DNA of 63,797 nucleotides, the filler included, from Lenisia limosa (Eukaryota; Protista; Breviatea): assembly GCA_001655205.1 (NCBI GenBank). It is 4 parts of 4 records of this genome, joined end to end, with 100 filler letters (N's around TTAATTAATTAA, not from the genome) between each part and the next. Parts side by side here need not be neighbours in the genome. Positions count along the whole stretch, not along the records: positions 1 to 26,727 come from LPNZ01005340.1; 3 more parts are not named here. One strand, given 5' to 3'. Position numbers and translations under genes: made by a program. The notes beneath the pieces are model-generated. The model ran no database searches, was not told the DNA's origin, and saw only the letters and a list, made by a program, of their open reading frames with translations. Positions 13,491 to 25,700 of the stretch are shown piece after piece. Every line of letters starts with the position of its first letter. Within the stretch, counting starts at the first letter, position 1.

Positions 13491-13572
13491 AAAGTAGCCT
13501 AGGAAAATATGTATGTATGTACTCATAAATTGAAGAGAGATGTGGTAAAAACACAAGATATATTATACAGAC

Positions 13573-15903
13573 CTAGACTGAAATGTAGACAGTTTTCTTA
13601 GAGAGCTTTGCGATGTCAGCTTCGAGCTCAGCCAGCTTCCGCTCCAAGCCTTCCTTCCTGGAGGATGAATTTGTTTGATAAATATAGAACTTGGTTATTA
13701 GGAGAGATGTTGGGCATGTGGTTCACTGACCTAGCCTTTTGAGCTGGGGTGTCGACACTGAAAGACAGAACCTAAAAACGGTCAGGAATGTGTACCCAAA
13801 GGGCTTTGTTCGTTTTTATTAAGTTGAAGGTTGCAGGAAATATCAGTTGTAAAACAAAAACAATTTGACATTTGTTGAAGATTTTCCTGAGGGCCCAAAA
13901 CACCAAAGGTCCGAAAATGAATCTCATGGAAACTACTAACCTCACCTGATATCTGTTGTGTGTGACTTCCCAGTTCTCCTTGAGGCCCGCAAGCATTTCG
14001 GTCCTCTCTTCTTCGCTCAATGTTCGCACTGCTGGAGGCTACCAGGGTAAAACGGTGTATTTAAACTGTATTGGCTGAACAAGGGGAAATGGTCCGTTAA
14101 TAAATAAAAAATCAACCATATGTATATGTAATACATACATAGTATGCTGTGTACATGTAATTTTGCAAGAACACGGTTTAACAAAAAAAAACAGCACCGG
14201 AGGGGGGTACAGGATACCTTCATCTATAAATGATATGAACATGTACTATGTATATCGATATATACCATATATATATAATATGATATAATATAAAATATAC
14301 TATTATATATTACTATATATAATCATGCGTATATATACAGAATAACAATTATGCAAACGCAACCTCACCCTCCTCCCCACTGCTTCTTCTCCTGCCTGCA
14401 TAGCACGCACATACTCGTATTCCTCTTCAATTTCACCAGCAACGCGGTTTAAGTAGCCAGGCTTCTGTGGAGGGTAATTAAGTAGCCAGGCTTCTGCGGA
14501 GGGTAAAATGAAAGGTACCGGAGACGGTAAAGATGGGATGAAGTGCTTGAAAGTTAATTAATACCCAAAAAAATCCAAATTTAAAGTAAATACTGCTTAC
14601 TCTTAGAGACCCACCCACCTTTCCATAATCCTTCTTCTTTGTGTAATCTGCCATGCCAGAGGCGGGCTTTTTNNNNNNNNNNNNNNNNNNNNNNNNNNNN
14701 NNNNNNNNNNNNNNNNNNNNNNNNNNNNNNNNNNNNNNNNNNNNNNNNNNNNNNNNNNNNNNNNNNNNNNNNNNNNNNNNNNNNNNNNNNNNNNNNNNNA
14801 ACAAGCAATAACAAACACAAGGTCAAGATATCAAACGAAGTCAAAACAATAAACAATAAACAAGAGATAGGATGCTTCTTCGGGAGAGCGTTAAGTGGGG
14901 AATGGAAAGTTGAAACACATTGTGAAGTAGAGAGCAACCTGAATGGGCTTATGATGTGACTTTTGAGCTTACTCATGAGAATGGCGTCAACTGTGTTACT
15001 CTTTACAAAATTTTTATCTGACTTGAGTCCGTGAATTGGTCTGTCTTCGTTCTAAAACGTCAGGAGGGGGATATAAGGAGAATGCACAATATCAACTCGA
15101 TAGGCCCATACTTTGGGAAAAGACCAGTTCCACCCACCCCAGAGTAGAAATGTGAATATATATTATGTAACATATATATCATATTGTAACCTATATATGA
15201 TAACTCATGAGTTGGGGGGGGGGGGGCNNNNNNNNNNNNNNNNNNNNNNNNNNNNNNNNNNNNNNNNNNNNNNNNNNNNNNNNNNNNNNNNNNNNNNNNN
15301 NNNNNNNNNNNNNNNNNNNNNNNNNNNNNNNNATACAGCAAACAACGCAAACCCATTCCTTTTAAGAAAGGGGCTCACCCGAAGTCACACTACCGCTTAC
15401 TTTGGGGAGAGAAGGTAGCTTTTTGCCATCCGGATACTCAAACTTCTTGGCTACACATTCAGTGACAGTGACGGCGAACAATCAAGGTAATATGAGGATT
15501 TATCTAATTCTAACTTCTGATTATGTCAGCACAAATAGGCCCAATAAATATTCCTTCCACTCTTCAAAATGCTGAAAGCTAGCCCCTCACGTTCAGCGAG
15601 AACGGGCTCTTTAGAGTGTTTCTTCAAGAACTGGTTAGGGGCATTGACCGTTACTTTAGCGGGACCCATTGTTCCAGCCTTCTTCTGTTGAGTGGACTTC
15701 ATAGAAGCTAAAAGGAGAGGATCAGAAGAGAGGACGAGAGGGGAGAGAGCCCCAAGAAATGCAAAAGGTGGTCCAAACAAACTTCCTGTGAGCGTAGCTG
15801 AGTTTCTGATTGTAGAAGAGTCAAATCTTGGAGGCTTGATGCGAACTTCGGGTTCAGGAGGGATCAGGTCGAAAATCGACTCTTCTTTTTGTTGGCGCGG
15901 CAT
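13573..15903 (-). CDS. ENKUR: Enkurin (flagellar microtubule inner protein)
   Basis: Spliced peptide: MPRQQKEESIFDLIPPEPEVRIKPPR...KKAGTMGPAKVTVNAPNQFLKKHSKEP...IHGLKSDKNFVKSNTVDAI...DYTKKKDYGK-KPGYLNRV...MRTLSEEERTEMLAGLKENWEVTHNRYQ...KEGLERKLAELEADIAKLSKKTVYISV*. It matches enkurin hallmarks (ESIYNLIP, TMGPAK, FLKKHSKE, KKDYG, LSEEER..L.GLK.NWE). Confidence 0.93.
14450..14507 (-). repeat. 29-bp tandem duplication spanning an enkurin 3' splice site
   Basis: Plus strand taagtagccaggcttctgtggagggtaat followed by taagtagccaggcttctgcggagggtaaa. On the minus strand each copy reads TTACCCTCC(G/A)CAG|AAGCCTGGCTACTTAA. Confidence 0.9.
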
Positions 15904-16423
15904 TTTTCCTCGTTTATTTGACTTATTATATTTTATTATTTTAATATATTGATTTATTAATGGCTCAGTTTCTTCTTTCATACATTTTTTCTTTTATAAT
16001 AAAATACATGGGGCATGTAGGTAACTCTTAGTGTGGCCCGCGTGTGTGTACTGGGATTGATTTAGTGTTTGAGTTCTTATAACACCGCTGACGGAGCATC
16101 AAACGTGACTGTTCACATGGCTTCACATTATGCTTCCGCCCATCTCACAACACACGGCACTGGTTGAGAAGATATGGACTGATTGATATGGAAGGTGCAG
16201 AAATCAAAATAAGAAGTTGCAACCTGGAAAGATAATAGTAACTACCCTGTCCTGTTGAATCAGAGAAAAAATACATGACCTGAAGGTTCTAAAATCTGGA
16301 AAACAATACAATAACACAACATATTCCAACTTAATTTAAATCATAACGTGTACATTCCTACATGATGTGAAGTGAGGGAGAAGCGACAAAGCTGAGAGAT
16401 ACTTGCCCTACACCATCATACCT

Positions 16424-18795
16424 CTACACCACAACACTCAAGCCATCCCATCCTAGACTGACAATTGGACCGTCTGGCCAATTCCGAGTCTTCCACTCTT
16501 GGATCGTCTCGTTCGCGAAGGAGTGTTCCAATTCGTGGTTCATCGCTAAAAACATAAGCACCGCCGGTTCCAAGTTCTTCAAAAAACAAAATTCCGTCAC
16601 AATTTTGGGATAATATGTATAATATATTTCCTAATAAAATTCATATGATATGCATATAATACATGAAAAGACGTGAAGCTCTCATACCAACAAAGTAAGC
16701 ACCCTTCTTTGGGTTTATCACTTTAGAAATCTCCAAACTCTGTATTTTGAGTCATTGAAAACACGCTGTTGACTGAAATCTCGAAGAGGAAAATGAATAA
16801 CAGACTATCTCCCAAGACACACAGTCGAGACAAACCTGGATTAGAGAGAAGTGTGAGGGATGCGGCTCTCTAGAATGGTGAAAAAGCCATTGCAAAATAA
16901 GGGTAATCAATGGAATTGAGGACAACGTACATTCTCAGCGTATCGATGAATAAATAGTCGATGTTCCGGAGCTGAGCCAGTGCTGATGGGGGGACCATGT
17001 CTGTATCAGGAATGTAGGCTATTCGTGTGCTTGTTCCCTGGGAGGGTGAGTAAACGAAGGAAAANNNNNNNNNNNNNNNNNNNNNNNNNNNNNNNNNNNN
17101 NNNNNNNNNNNNNNNNNNNNNNNNNNNNNNNNNNNNNNNNNNNNNNNNNNNNNNNNNNNNNNNNNNNNNNNNNNNNNNNNNNNNNNNNNNNNNNNNNNAA
17201 AAAGACATAATATACGATATAATACATAACGCATATCCTGCAACATTCATCCCAAAATTGGGAAAACTGTAAATTGGAAAAGTCACACGGCCAATGAATA
17301 ACATTTATGTTTGAGCCCATTATTGTCACATCATCAACAAATATGTTGTCATATTGACTTACTTCAATCACATAGCCGTAGACGTTGAAGGGTTTAGCTC
17401 GAACACACCTCAAATATAAGAAAGGATGGTTGAGTTGCGGACATTAAAATAATTGTCGCATTATATTAATTCACCCCAATCATTTGCCTGAAACGATATT
17501 CTTTGTAAGACAATCAGAAAAATCCATCTTAGAAGAGATGTTGTGTAGAAATGATACGCAAACACAAAAACCTACCCGTGTCGGACCAGTACCGGGGTTA
17601 TTTGGAACCCGAGAGCTTCTATGGTCTTTTCTGGCGGGAGAATTTGGAAAGCAAGCTGGGTGATCAGAAGCCTGTATTGTACCACTTTGTATTCTGAATA
17701 CCAATAGGAATAACGCAATTCAAACCATCACATAACATAACCCATTATCTCCATTCGCTCCCAACCGATGGAAGCACTCCGCCGGCGTTGGACTTTGATA
17801 TGTCCACTAAGTAGGGGAAAGTCCGGTCTATGACCTGAAACGTCTACAAAATTAACAACAAAGTACCCCCACCCAAAGAAGCGTCTCACCGAAAAGCCCT
17901 CCATTACTAACTTGGTTAGAGCAGAACACACTCAATGGTCCTTTGCAGAGCTTCGTCCAACACCTCAGATCATCGAGACCAAGAAAATGGTCGGCTGAGA
18001 GGTCAAACAGCAAAAAACAAAAACCCCAACTTGTTTGAAAAAAAGGTTCCATAAAATAAAAATAAAAATACTAAAACGAAGTTTTTGTGCCAAAGTATAG
18101 TCAGATTTGATGGGAGTCAGAAGGAATGGATGATTACATAAAAACTAAGAAAACCTTCCAACCATGTTCGTGTGTGATGAAGATTGATTCGATACGTCCA
18201 ATGTTCTCCACCGGGAAGAGGGTCAGACACTGATCGTAAAAGGACTTTCCACAGTCAAAAACTACAGCCGTCCAGGGCTTTGAGGCGTCCTGCCGCACAC
18301 TGAATGGTTAGTTCAACACAAGAGATTAACCCCCAATCCATTTCCACTCAAAGAAAAGATGATAAACTTTCTTGTACTCAAGAAAAAACAGAAGAGAATA
18401 TTATGGGGAACCAGCGAAATTGAATTAGCAATTTGTGAACATGAACACACCAGAGAGCGGCGGACGTGTTTCTTCTGAAGTTCTTGTTCTCTCCCAACTG
18501 GTTAACCTCGGCCTCTGGTCCGTTGATGGCACATGGTGGGCCACGTTCCACTGCCTTGGCACAGGTCGCACAGTTTCCTGGCGTATTAGATACTGCGGCG
18601 CATAGATTTGGGATTCCCTTATTATTGGAGAATCCCATAATGCATCAGATTTCCATAGATGCACCATAGTGGAATGGGGGCTTAAAAATGCAAAGTTGTA
18701 CTTCAACACACGACCCTCCCACCGTGCACAACACAGGTTGGCCGCGGGACTCGCTCCGATGTACCCGTGCCAAGAATGACAAACTTGGCCTCCAT
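16424..18795 (-). CDS. Metallo-beta-lactamase-fold hydrolase, PhnP-like; possible 5' extension to ATG at 18968
   Basis: MEAKFVILGTGTSERVPRPTC...CATCAKA...KNFRRNTSAAL...VFDCGKSFYDQ...IFITHEHADHFLGLDDLR (HxHxDH metal motif)...PVLVRHG...RIAYIPDT...LFIDTLR.EPHPSHFSL...MNHELEH...SLGWDGLSVVV*. Confidence 0.9.
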
Positions 18796-19859
18796 AGAGG
18801 GGAGCGGGGAATGAATAGAAATCTGAAGACCTCAGAGAAATAAATTATGGACGGAATGAAAGGAACCACATAGTTGAGGAGAGGGACAGTTATTGATTAA
18901 TAAAAACGAGCTTCTTCTATCATAATAATAATAGAGACCTCTCGACCATCTCTCCAAGAGAGGATCATGCCAGAATAATCTAAGTATGTTGATGATGAAC
19001 CTGATCTCAAACTGACTTGTTTTTTTTACTCTTTATCAAACTTCTACTTCACAAACCTTCGAAAGGGGGTAAAGGGCTGTCTATATAGCAGATTAAACAA
19101 ACTCTCCTCTTGCTGCTACTGTCAACCGTCTTTATTGTTCTCAGATTGCTCTATAATACCTTATTATCTCCTTATGATCTGATTATTCCACCAACTCTCA
19201 AACCATTCAAACACCCCATGTATATTTCCTGGGGTTCCGTAAACAGTCGAATCCCCATCTCCACACTTCAGTATTTCAGCCATATAAACTAACAACCAAC
19301 TCAGAATCAACTACGGTAACAAACCAAAACAGAAACTAAACGTCAAATTCATCAATTGAAGGTGGTTGACATTGCAATTGTGAATGATTTGTCACGTCAT
19401 TCACGCCCGCTCAACAAACAAATAACTCTTACAATGACGGGTGGCAATATACCATTGATTACATGATATTATAAATTATATCATGACAGGTTTGCCCAAA
19501 TTGTATATGATAGTGACATTAGACCCTAAGATGGAACGCGGGCTGACAACACCTTTGTTTGATAATGTGAATGATTGTATAGTGGAGTCTGAGAAGTTGG
19601 ATAACTACTATAAGATAAATGATAGATTTTTATATAGTATGTATGTGTATCTATTAAACTACATTTGATTTATCTTATAACTAATTACAAAATCATGTTA
19701 TAATATATTATAGTTGTATCTGTAATAAATACATCATATCATTTAGATAGTTCTTCTACTGTCTCAGGAATTTTTTTAGGTCGATACACTCTCAAAATAC
19801 ATCCGCTGCACCATCATCCACATAATCACAGTTGAATGAAAGACACATAAATGTATCCA

Positions 19860-22620
19860 ATTCCCTGCGGTGTTACAATTGACAGCATCAAACCGTCAAA
19901 CCTTGACAAGAATGGAGCCATTTGGAACACACTTCCAGCTGTTGTCAGGTATTATTTGTCTTCATTGGCAAGGTGGAGGGTTTTGTGACTGTAAAATTGT
20001 CCGTGGTACTACTACTATGGGATGTTGTTTCTTCTCGTATGTCAACAGACTCTTTTGGCAGTTACGCTCTTCATTGACCCTTCTCCACAATTACGCTTCG
20101 ATGTTGCTATTTCATTCTGAGCGGTGCTTTGACATGTATGGTGGAACAAATTTTCAACACTTATATATATTTCTCACCTGCCTTCTGTCCCTCGTTCATT
20201 TGTTCTAATGATATGATATATCTATCACAAATATAGGTATTTCCGGAATACCTCTCGTAATGTCTTTGTCTTTGGCTGCCTACTTTGCACTCATCATCGC
20301 CACTATCGAAAGTGTTTCGTAAGGTATGCATATCCCTGTGACTGTAACCAACAACCAGGTAACGGACTTAGTTGTAGTATGATGTTTTACTGATTGAAAT
20401 GTTTATTAGAAAAATGCTCTTATCTTAATTTAATTTAGGAACTGGAACTTCAACATGAGAATGACCATTGTTTGTCCTCTTTGTAATGCTTTACGTCAAT
20501 GACAAACAATTGAAAATCTTCCATTATTATGACACAGTTAAAGCGCCAACTCACACGAATGAGTTTGCTAATTATTATACACTTTGTTGTAACAGATTTA
20601 AACATTTCAATCAGTAAAATATCATACTACTACTAAGTCCATTACCTGGTTTTATAAGTAATACTAGGACTCCGGAGTTGCTGGTTGCGCGGGGCTGGTG
20701 CGGAGTTTGCTTGGAATCAGCTTTAAGGTACGCTGGCAGACCTGAGGTTCACAGCTAGGGAGAAGGGGCTCATAGTGATAGTTCCCAGCAATAGTAAAAC
20801 CGCTATAGTATTACATATTTGTGGTGACTGTTTAGATGAGAAACATGTGGGTCTTTACCAGTCAATTTGGTATCCATAGTGGACCCACTGCTGCTGGAAT
20901 GCTTGGTAAGATTTATGTTTATGATTGTATGGTAATTGAGTGTATGTTCCTTAGGCACTTTCCATGATTGATTAGGTCTTTCTTAACAATGGGTGATGGT
21001 GTCTCCAACGTTGAACAAAGCCTCAAGAGTATCCTCACACTGTGACTACAATAGCATTTTGTATGTTGTGAAACTACAACCATACATCTGCAAATTGTTA
21101 CACATTAAATTGTCCCATACTGCTGCAATTGCCGCAAAATGTGAAGGAGTTCAAATTAATATGCCAGTTCACATAACAAAAAATCAGCTCATGCTTCGAA
21201 ATTGCACACTAGGTCACTACCGGTCAGAGCTGATGTCTCCAAATTTGAAAAGCAAACAACGAGATAAGGAGCACCAACGTGAGAAATCTACCTTGTACAT
21301 GATAATCTAACCTGCAGTGAATAGCTTATTTAACAGTACCCCACAATTTGTTGGAGCTGATCTGGGGGCTTTCTGGCTTGTGATTACACAAATACAAATT
21401 TGAAACTGGTGTGTTTTAAGAAAGAACGCAAAAGTGAAACATACCAAGAAATATCATTTGTCCTGAGAAAGGCAGAACACTTTCCTTATCAAACAGGAGA
21501 TATCCTGACATCACCTCCCCTCTGCAGCTAATTGAGTTTGAGAACTGCTTCAAAGAGTTTATTTTTAGTTGTATTTGAGTTTGTTGTATTATATTATTAT
21601 TTATTGTTTTTGCGGGAAATATCAGGAGGTTACATAACCCGTAAGCATCAGCAACATGTTGGTAAGCAGTTGAATAGATATTATCAAACATTTTCCATGG
21701 ACATCTCCTTACAAAGGAATTTCGTAATACATAATTATCTCATATTTTATTCCCCTAAAGTTGGTGAATTTGACGAATCTTGTGAGTCACGAGGAAGTGA
21801 CCGACTCTATACAATTGGAGATGCTTGGGTGGCGATTAATTGCCAACAAAGGTAGTGGTTATAAATGATTGGGGTTTTTACCACTTCCCTCACTCCGCTT
21901 TAGGCATCCTCTCGGACATCATCTCTTGAAAAACACCAAGTAAGTGCCTGTGAAGCATCTTGAGTGGAACGTAACTCAACATAGTAAATAACGGCATATA
22001 TAGTAGATCCGATTAGTGTATTTGATACTTCTGCAATATGACGCATAATTGCCTTACAACACAGTCTTTCATGGCACTCATGGCCACCGACGTCAGAGAA
22101 GTTGTGGGGATTGGTTTGTATGGGTGCGACTTTATACCGGTTAACAAAACAGAAGTCTCAGCAACAAGAGACAAAAGTTCGAATTGGACTAACAACGGGA
22201 TGTGCGGTTTCTGGTGTTATTGGTACTCTGCGTCCATGTTATTTGATTGTGGGTTGCTTCAAATAATGACAACACTTATTTGATAAAAGGCACAGGTACA
22301 ATTTTCTACGATAATCTCTCCCCCCATCACTGTTATTTCCTTATTACCTGTAATTTGTGGAATTGTCAACCGAAAATTTGTAGCGGTTACCTTACTGTTG
22401 TAGGAAGTTGGCAAGATAAAACCAGAAGCAAGTCGTCGGGTGTCAAAAATAATGGCTGCTCAAAAGGCAATAGGAGGAAATTTGTTCTGGTATCAAAAAC
22501 CATGTTGTGACACAGTACAATACCCGAATCAAAATGTATATAATACAACTTTATTCTTTAGGATACAACTTGTCACAGATAACACTGTCAATGGCAACGA
22601 TCACGTTCTCTGAAGCTTTA
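19860..22620 (+). CDS. Divergent protein with two tandem class III adenylate/guanylate cyclase-like domains; one apparent in-frame TAA, possibly degenerate; start and end uncertain
   Basis: IWNTLPAVV (pre-cyclase NILP-like), SVVLLLWDVV (~20010), QFGIHSGPTAAGMLG (20866-20908), QWVMVSPTLNKASRVSSHC (20987-21043), GEFDESCESRGSDRLYTIGDAWVA (21763-21834), HQSFMALMATDVREV and KVRIGLTTGCAVSGVIGTLRPCYLI (22173-22250). TAA at 20984-20986 is in frame with the LNKASR exon. Confidence 0.72.
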
Positions 22621-22763
22621 GGGGTGGTTCTATTTTTGTCTTGTAGATGCCTAAAGGTTTTTAGATATGGTATTTTCTGTACCTTTTGCTCGTTGTAATA
22701 TCCCCCATTGTTATTATTTATTAGTATTTCATTCACAATTTATTCTAAGCAACAAAAAAAGAC

Positions 22764-25700
22764 CTAGTTATCACCATCATCTTGCTCCTGAGCAATGATA
22801 TCAATGAACTTGGACAATGCCCCTCTTGCTGGCGTTGTGTTTTGCTGGGACTTACTACTTCTTTCCACCTGCGTAATTAGTGTTTTTTTTTAGTGAAAGA
22901 TCGCTGGGATCCGACTGATATTAGGACCAAGTTCGCTCGCGAGTAGGCGAGTTCCATTGGTTCACCGTTAGGTTATGTGATACGGATTTTGAAAGTGGTA
23001 GAGAAATACTGAAAATACTGGGAAAATAGAAGAACACCCTCCGTAATTAGTGATCAGAAAGTAACTTTCATACTACTTTAGCATGTGTTTATGGTATCCC
23101 TCTGTATTGATTTGTTTCCCTAGATTTCTATAATATATAATAATATACTATATTATATATAATATAGTATGTATAATATGTATATTATTTCTCTAATATT
23201 AGGCAGGAATTAGACCCAACAAACTACTTTGTAGCGTTTCATCGCTGACGGACACACAGCCCCGCGACTCCCCTTTTCTGAAACTTAAGACCAGGGATTT
23301 CGAACAAATAAACATACCTTCCGCCTTCTGCTGACTTTGGTTCTTTGCTCTCGCACGCGCCTTCAAGGACTGTCGTGGCGACTTGACCTGAATGTGAAAA
23401 AAAAAAAAAAATACAAAACNNNNNNNNNNNNNNNNNNNNNNNNNNNNNNNNNNNNNNNNNNNNNNNNNNNNNNNNNNNNNNNNNNNNNNACCAGTTTTTG
23501 TGTATTTCCCCCAAATCAACATACAGGTGTTTTGGAGGGGGCTGGTTTGGCGGGTTCGGGTGCTGACGTTTTGCGTGAAGATGGTGGAGTGGGGACGGGT
23601 TGAGCCGAAGGCACGGGTGTTTCAGCAGGCTCGGTGTGGCCTACTTTGAGACGGCGTGGGGCCACCAAAGCACTGAAGTCCATTGAGCCGCCAACTTCAT
23701 CTGAAATATCACAAACATGAGATCCAGTAACCATTTGCATTTGGTCTGTTTGTCTTCAAAAATGCCATGTCATCATAAAAACTAACGGGCTTGTGAGCGG
23801 GCTTATCCCAACTTCTTGTTGTCTTACATTTTAAAAAAAAACATAAGACGCTTCAATTACCACCTGATTTCAATATGCAGCCCCCCCCCCCACGGTACCA
23901 AGGCCGCATGAGTTCCGCAGCGGAGGCTTCCGAAGAGGCAACTGTACCGTCAGGCGCTACGGCCTTCACCGTCGCTCCCTCTATCCTGGGTAAGATGTGC
24001 TACAAATCTTATTGGGTGTATTTATTCCAGGCACACATAATCAGACAAATCCCTCGTACCAAGCACGGGAAGAAGACTGAGCTTATTTGTTTTGGCATCA
24101 AAAAATGTAATAATGGCTTCCTGGTGGAGGTGGAACGTTAGGGTTTTTCCAACGATTTGATATATGAAATATGAGGCACAGGGCTGAAATGCTAATCAGG
24201 ACATAGTCCAGCTAAACCCAAACAAACCTTGTAACTCGATGTAACAGGAGTAAAGTCTGGGCCAAGAATTGGTAAACAAAATGCAATCGTATCTCCAACC
24301 TTGTGGGTCAAGAAGAATATGTATCTATTGGGTTGAATAACGTTGATTGGTGAATGGTTATTATTATCTATAACCGTACATTGCATGGCAAGTAAAGCGG
24401 TGGGAAAGCAGTGTAATAGTCCGTGGCCTTGTATGTCATCCATGATTCATCCTGGCTTTCCTGAAGAGTTAGCAGTAGCAGCATAACTGCTGTGTAACTT
24501 ACAATTAATTCACTTGAATCATCCTTGTTTTCAATTTCTCCTTCTTCCTTTTCCTCTTCAATTTTTCCTTCTTCATTTTCCTCTTCAATTTCTCCTTCTT
24601 CATTTTGCTGCCCATTGTCCTTTTCTTGCTCTTGGATCTCACCTTCTTCGTCTTCACCAAAAGACTTCTTCTCCTTCACAAACCTAGCACTATCCAAAAC
24701 AACTTCTGCAACTTTCTGAATGGTTAGCTTGAAAACAGTAAAGGTCAATAATCTCTATCTGGTATCATGTGTAACCATCCCCATAACGCACTCGAGATGA
24801 ATGAACGTCAAAAGTGCCGTCTTCAAAGACACTCAAAAAAGATGAGACGTTCTCAGCCTTCTCCTTTCGAGCCATGCTGCGGAGCTTGCCACTAGGTGAA
24901 AGGGGGGTCTACTTGGTCAGATTTAGAGAGCTCATACTACAAAGAAAGAACCCTATCAAGGGAGCTTGGAAAATAGACTCACTCCTCAGACCATTGGTGG
25001 CTTCAACGCATTGGTTCTTGTTTTGCTTTGAAGTTCAGATATCTTTTGGAGAGCACCATCCACGGGAGTGGAAGGCAACGAATCCGGAAGCAGTGCGCTC
25101 AGTGGGGTGGATGGTCCAGTCTTCCGGATTGGTTTACTTGGGGTTTGTGTGGCTTCTTTCTTTGACGACTTTTCATTATCCTTTGTCACTTCAGGTTTAC
25201 TTTCCTCTTCAACAAGCTCGGGTTGCTTGGCTGCCTCTGTAGCCTCAGCCCCAGAATCACTGGATGACTCCGATGATTCAGATTCAGATGAGTCCGATTC
25301 CTCAGATGAATTGCTCTCTTCTGATGAGCTTTCAGATGATGACGAACTTTCATCATTAGAAGAAGCGTCTGATGAAGAAGATGAGCCTGAAGATGACTCT
25401 GATGAAGAAGATGAGCCTGAAGATGAAGACTCTGACGAAGATTCGACCTCAATTCGGCTCTAAAACGTAACGTAATTCACCAACGCCTCCTCAAAAAGAC
25501 TGCCTACTCTTTTTGCGTTCTTCTGTCGCCGTCTCTTGGCACGGAGCCTATTCGCCTTCCTCTCTTGTTTCGAAGTCGTAAGGTCTGCTGAAAGTGACAA
25601 ATGGTTTTCAACCATGGGTGCTCGCAATATTACAAACAAAAAGGGTAAAATATACAACACAATCAATAGACTTCAAGATGAAGGACCTTTACTGCCACCA

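Noticed and set aside
20984-20986. Non-standard nuclear code with TAA as a sense codon, prompted by the in-frame TAA in the cyclase and by the best-supported gene ends being TAG or TGA
   Set aside because: Several hundred well-anchored codons in prolidase, XDH, enkurin, the MBL hydrolase and the giant gene contain many Gln and Lys codons and no in-frame TAA or TAG. A handful of gene ends is too few to infer stop usage.
25068-25463. Plus-strand Asp/Glu-rich ORF (131 aa), and similar ORFs at 24525-24719 and 62444-62782
   Set aside because: These are antisense shadows of low-complexity Ser/Glu-rich exons on the minus strand, where the splice sites and flanking domains lie.
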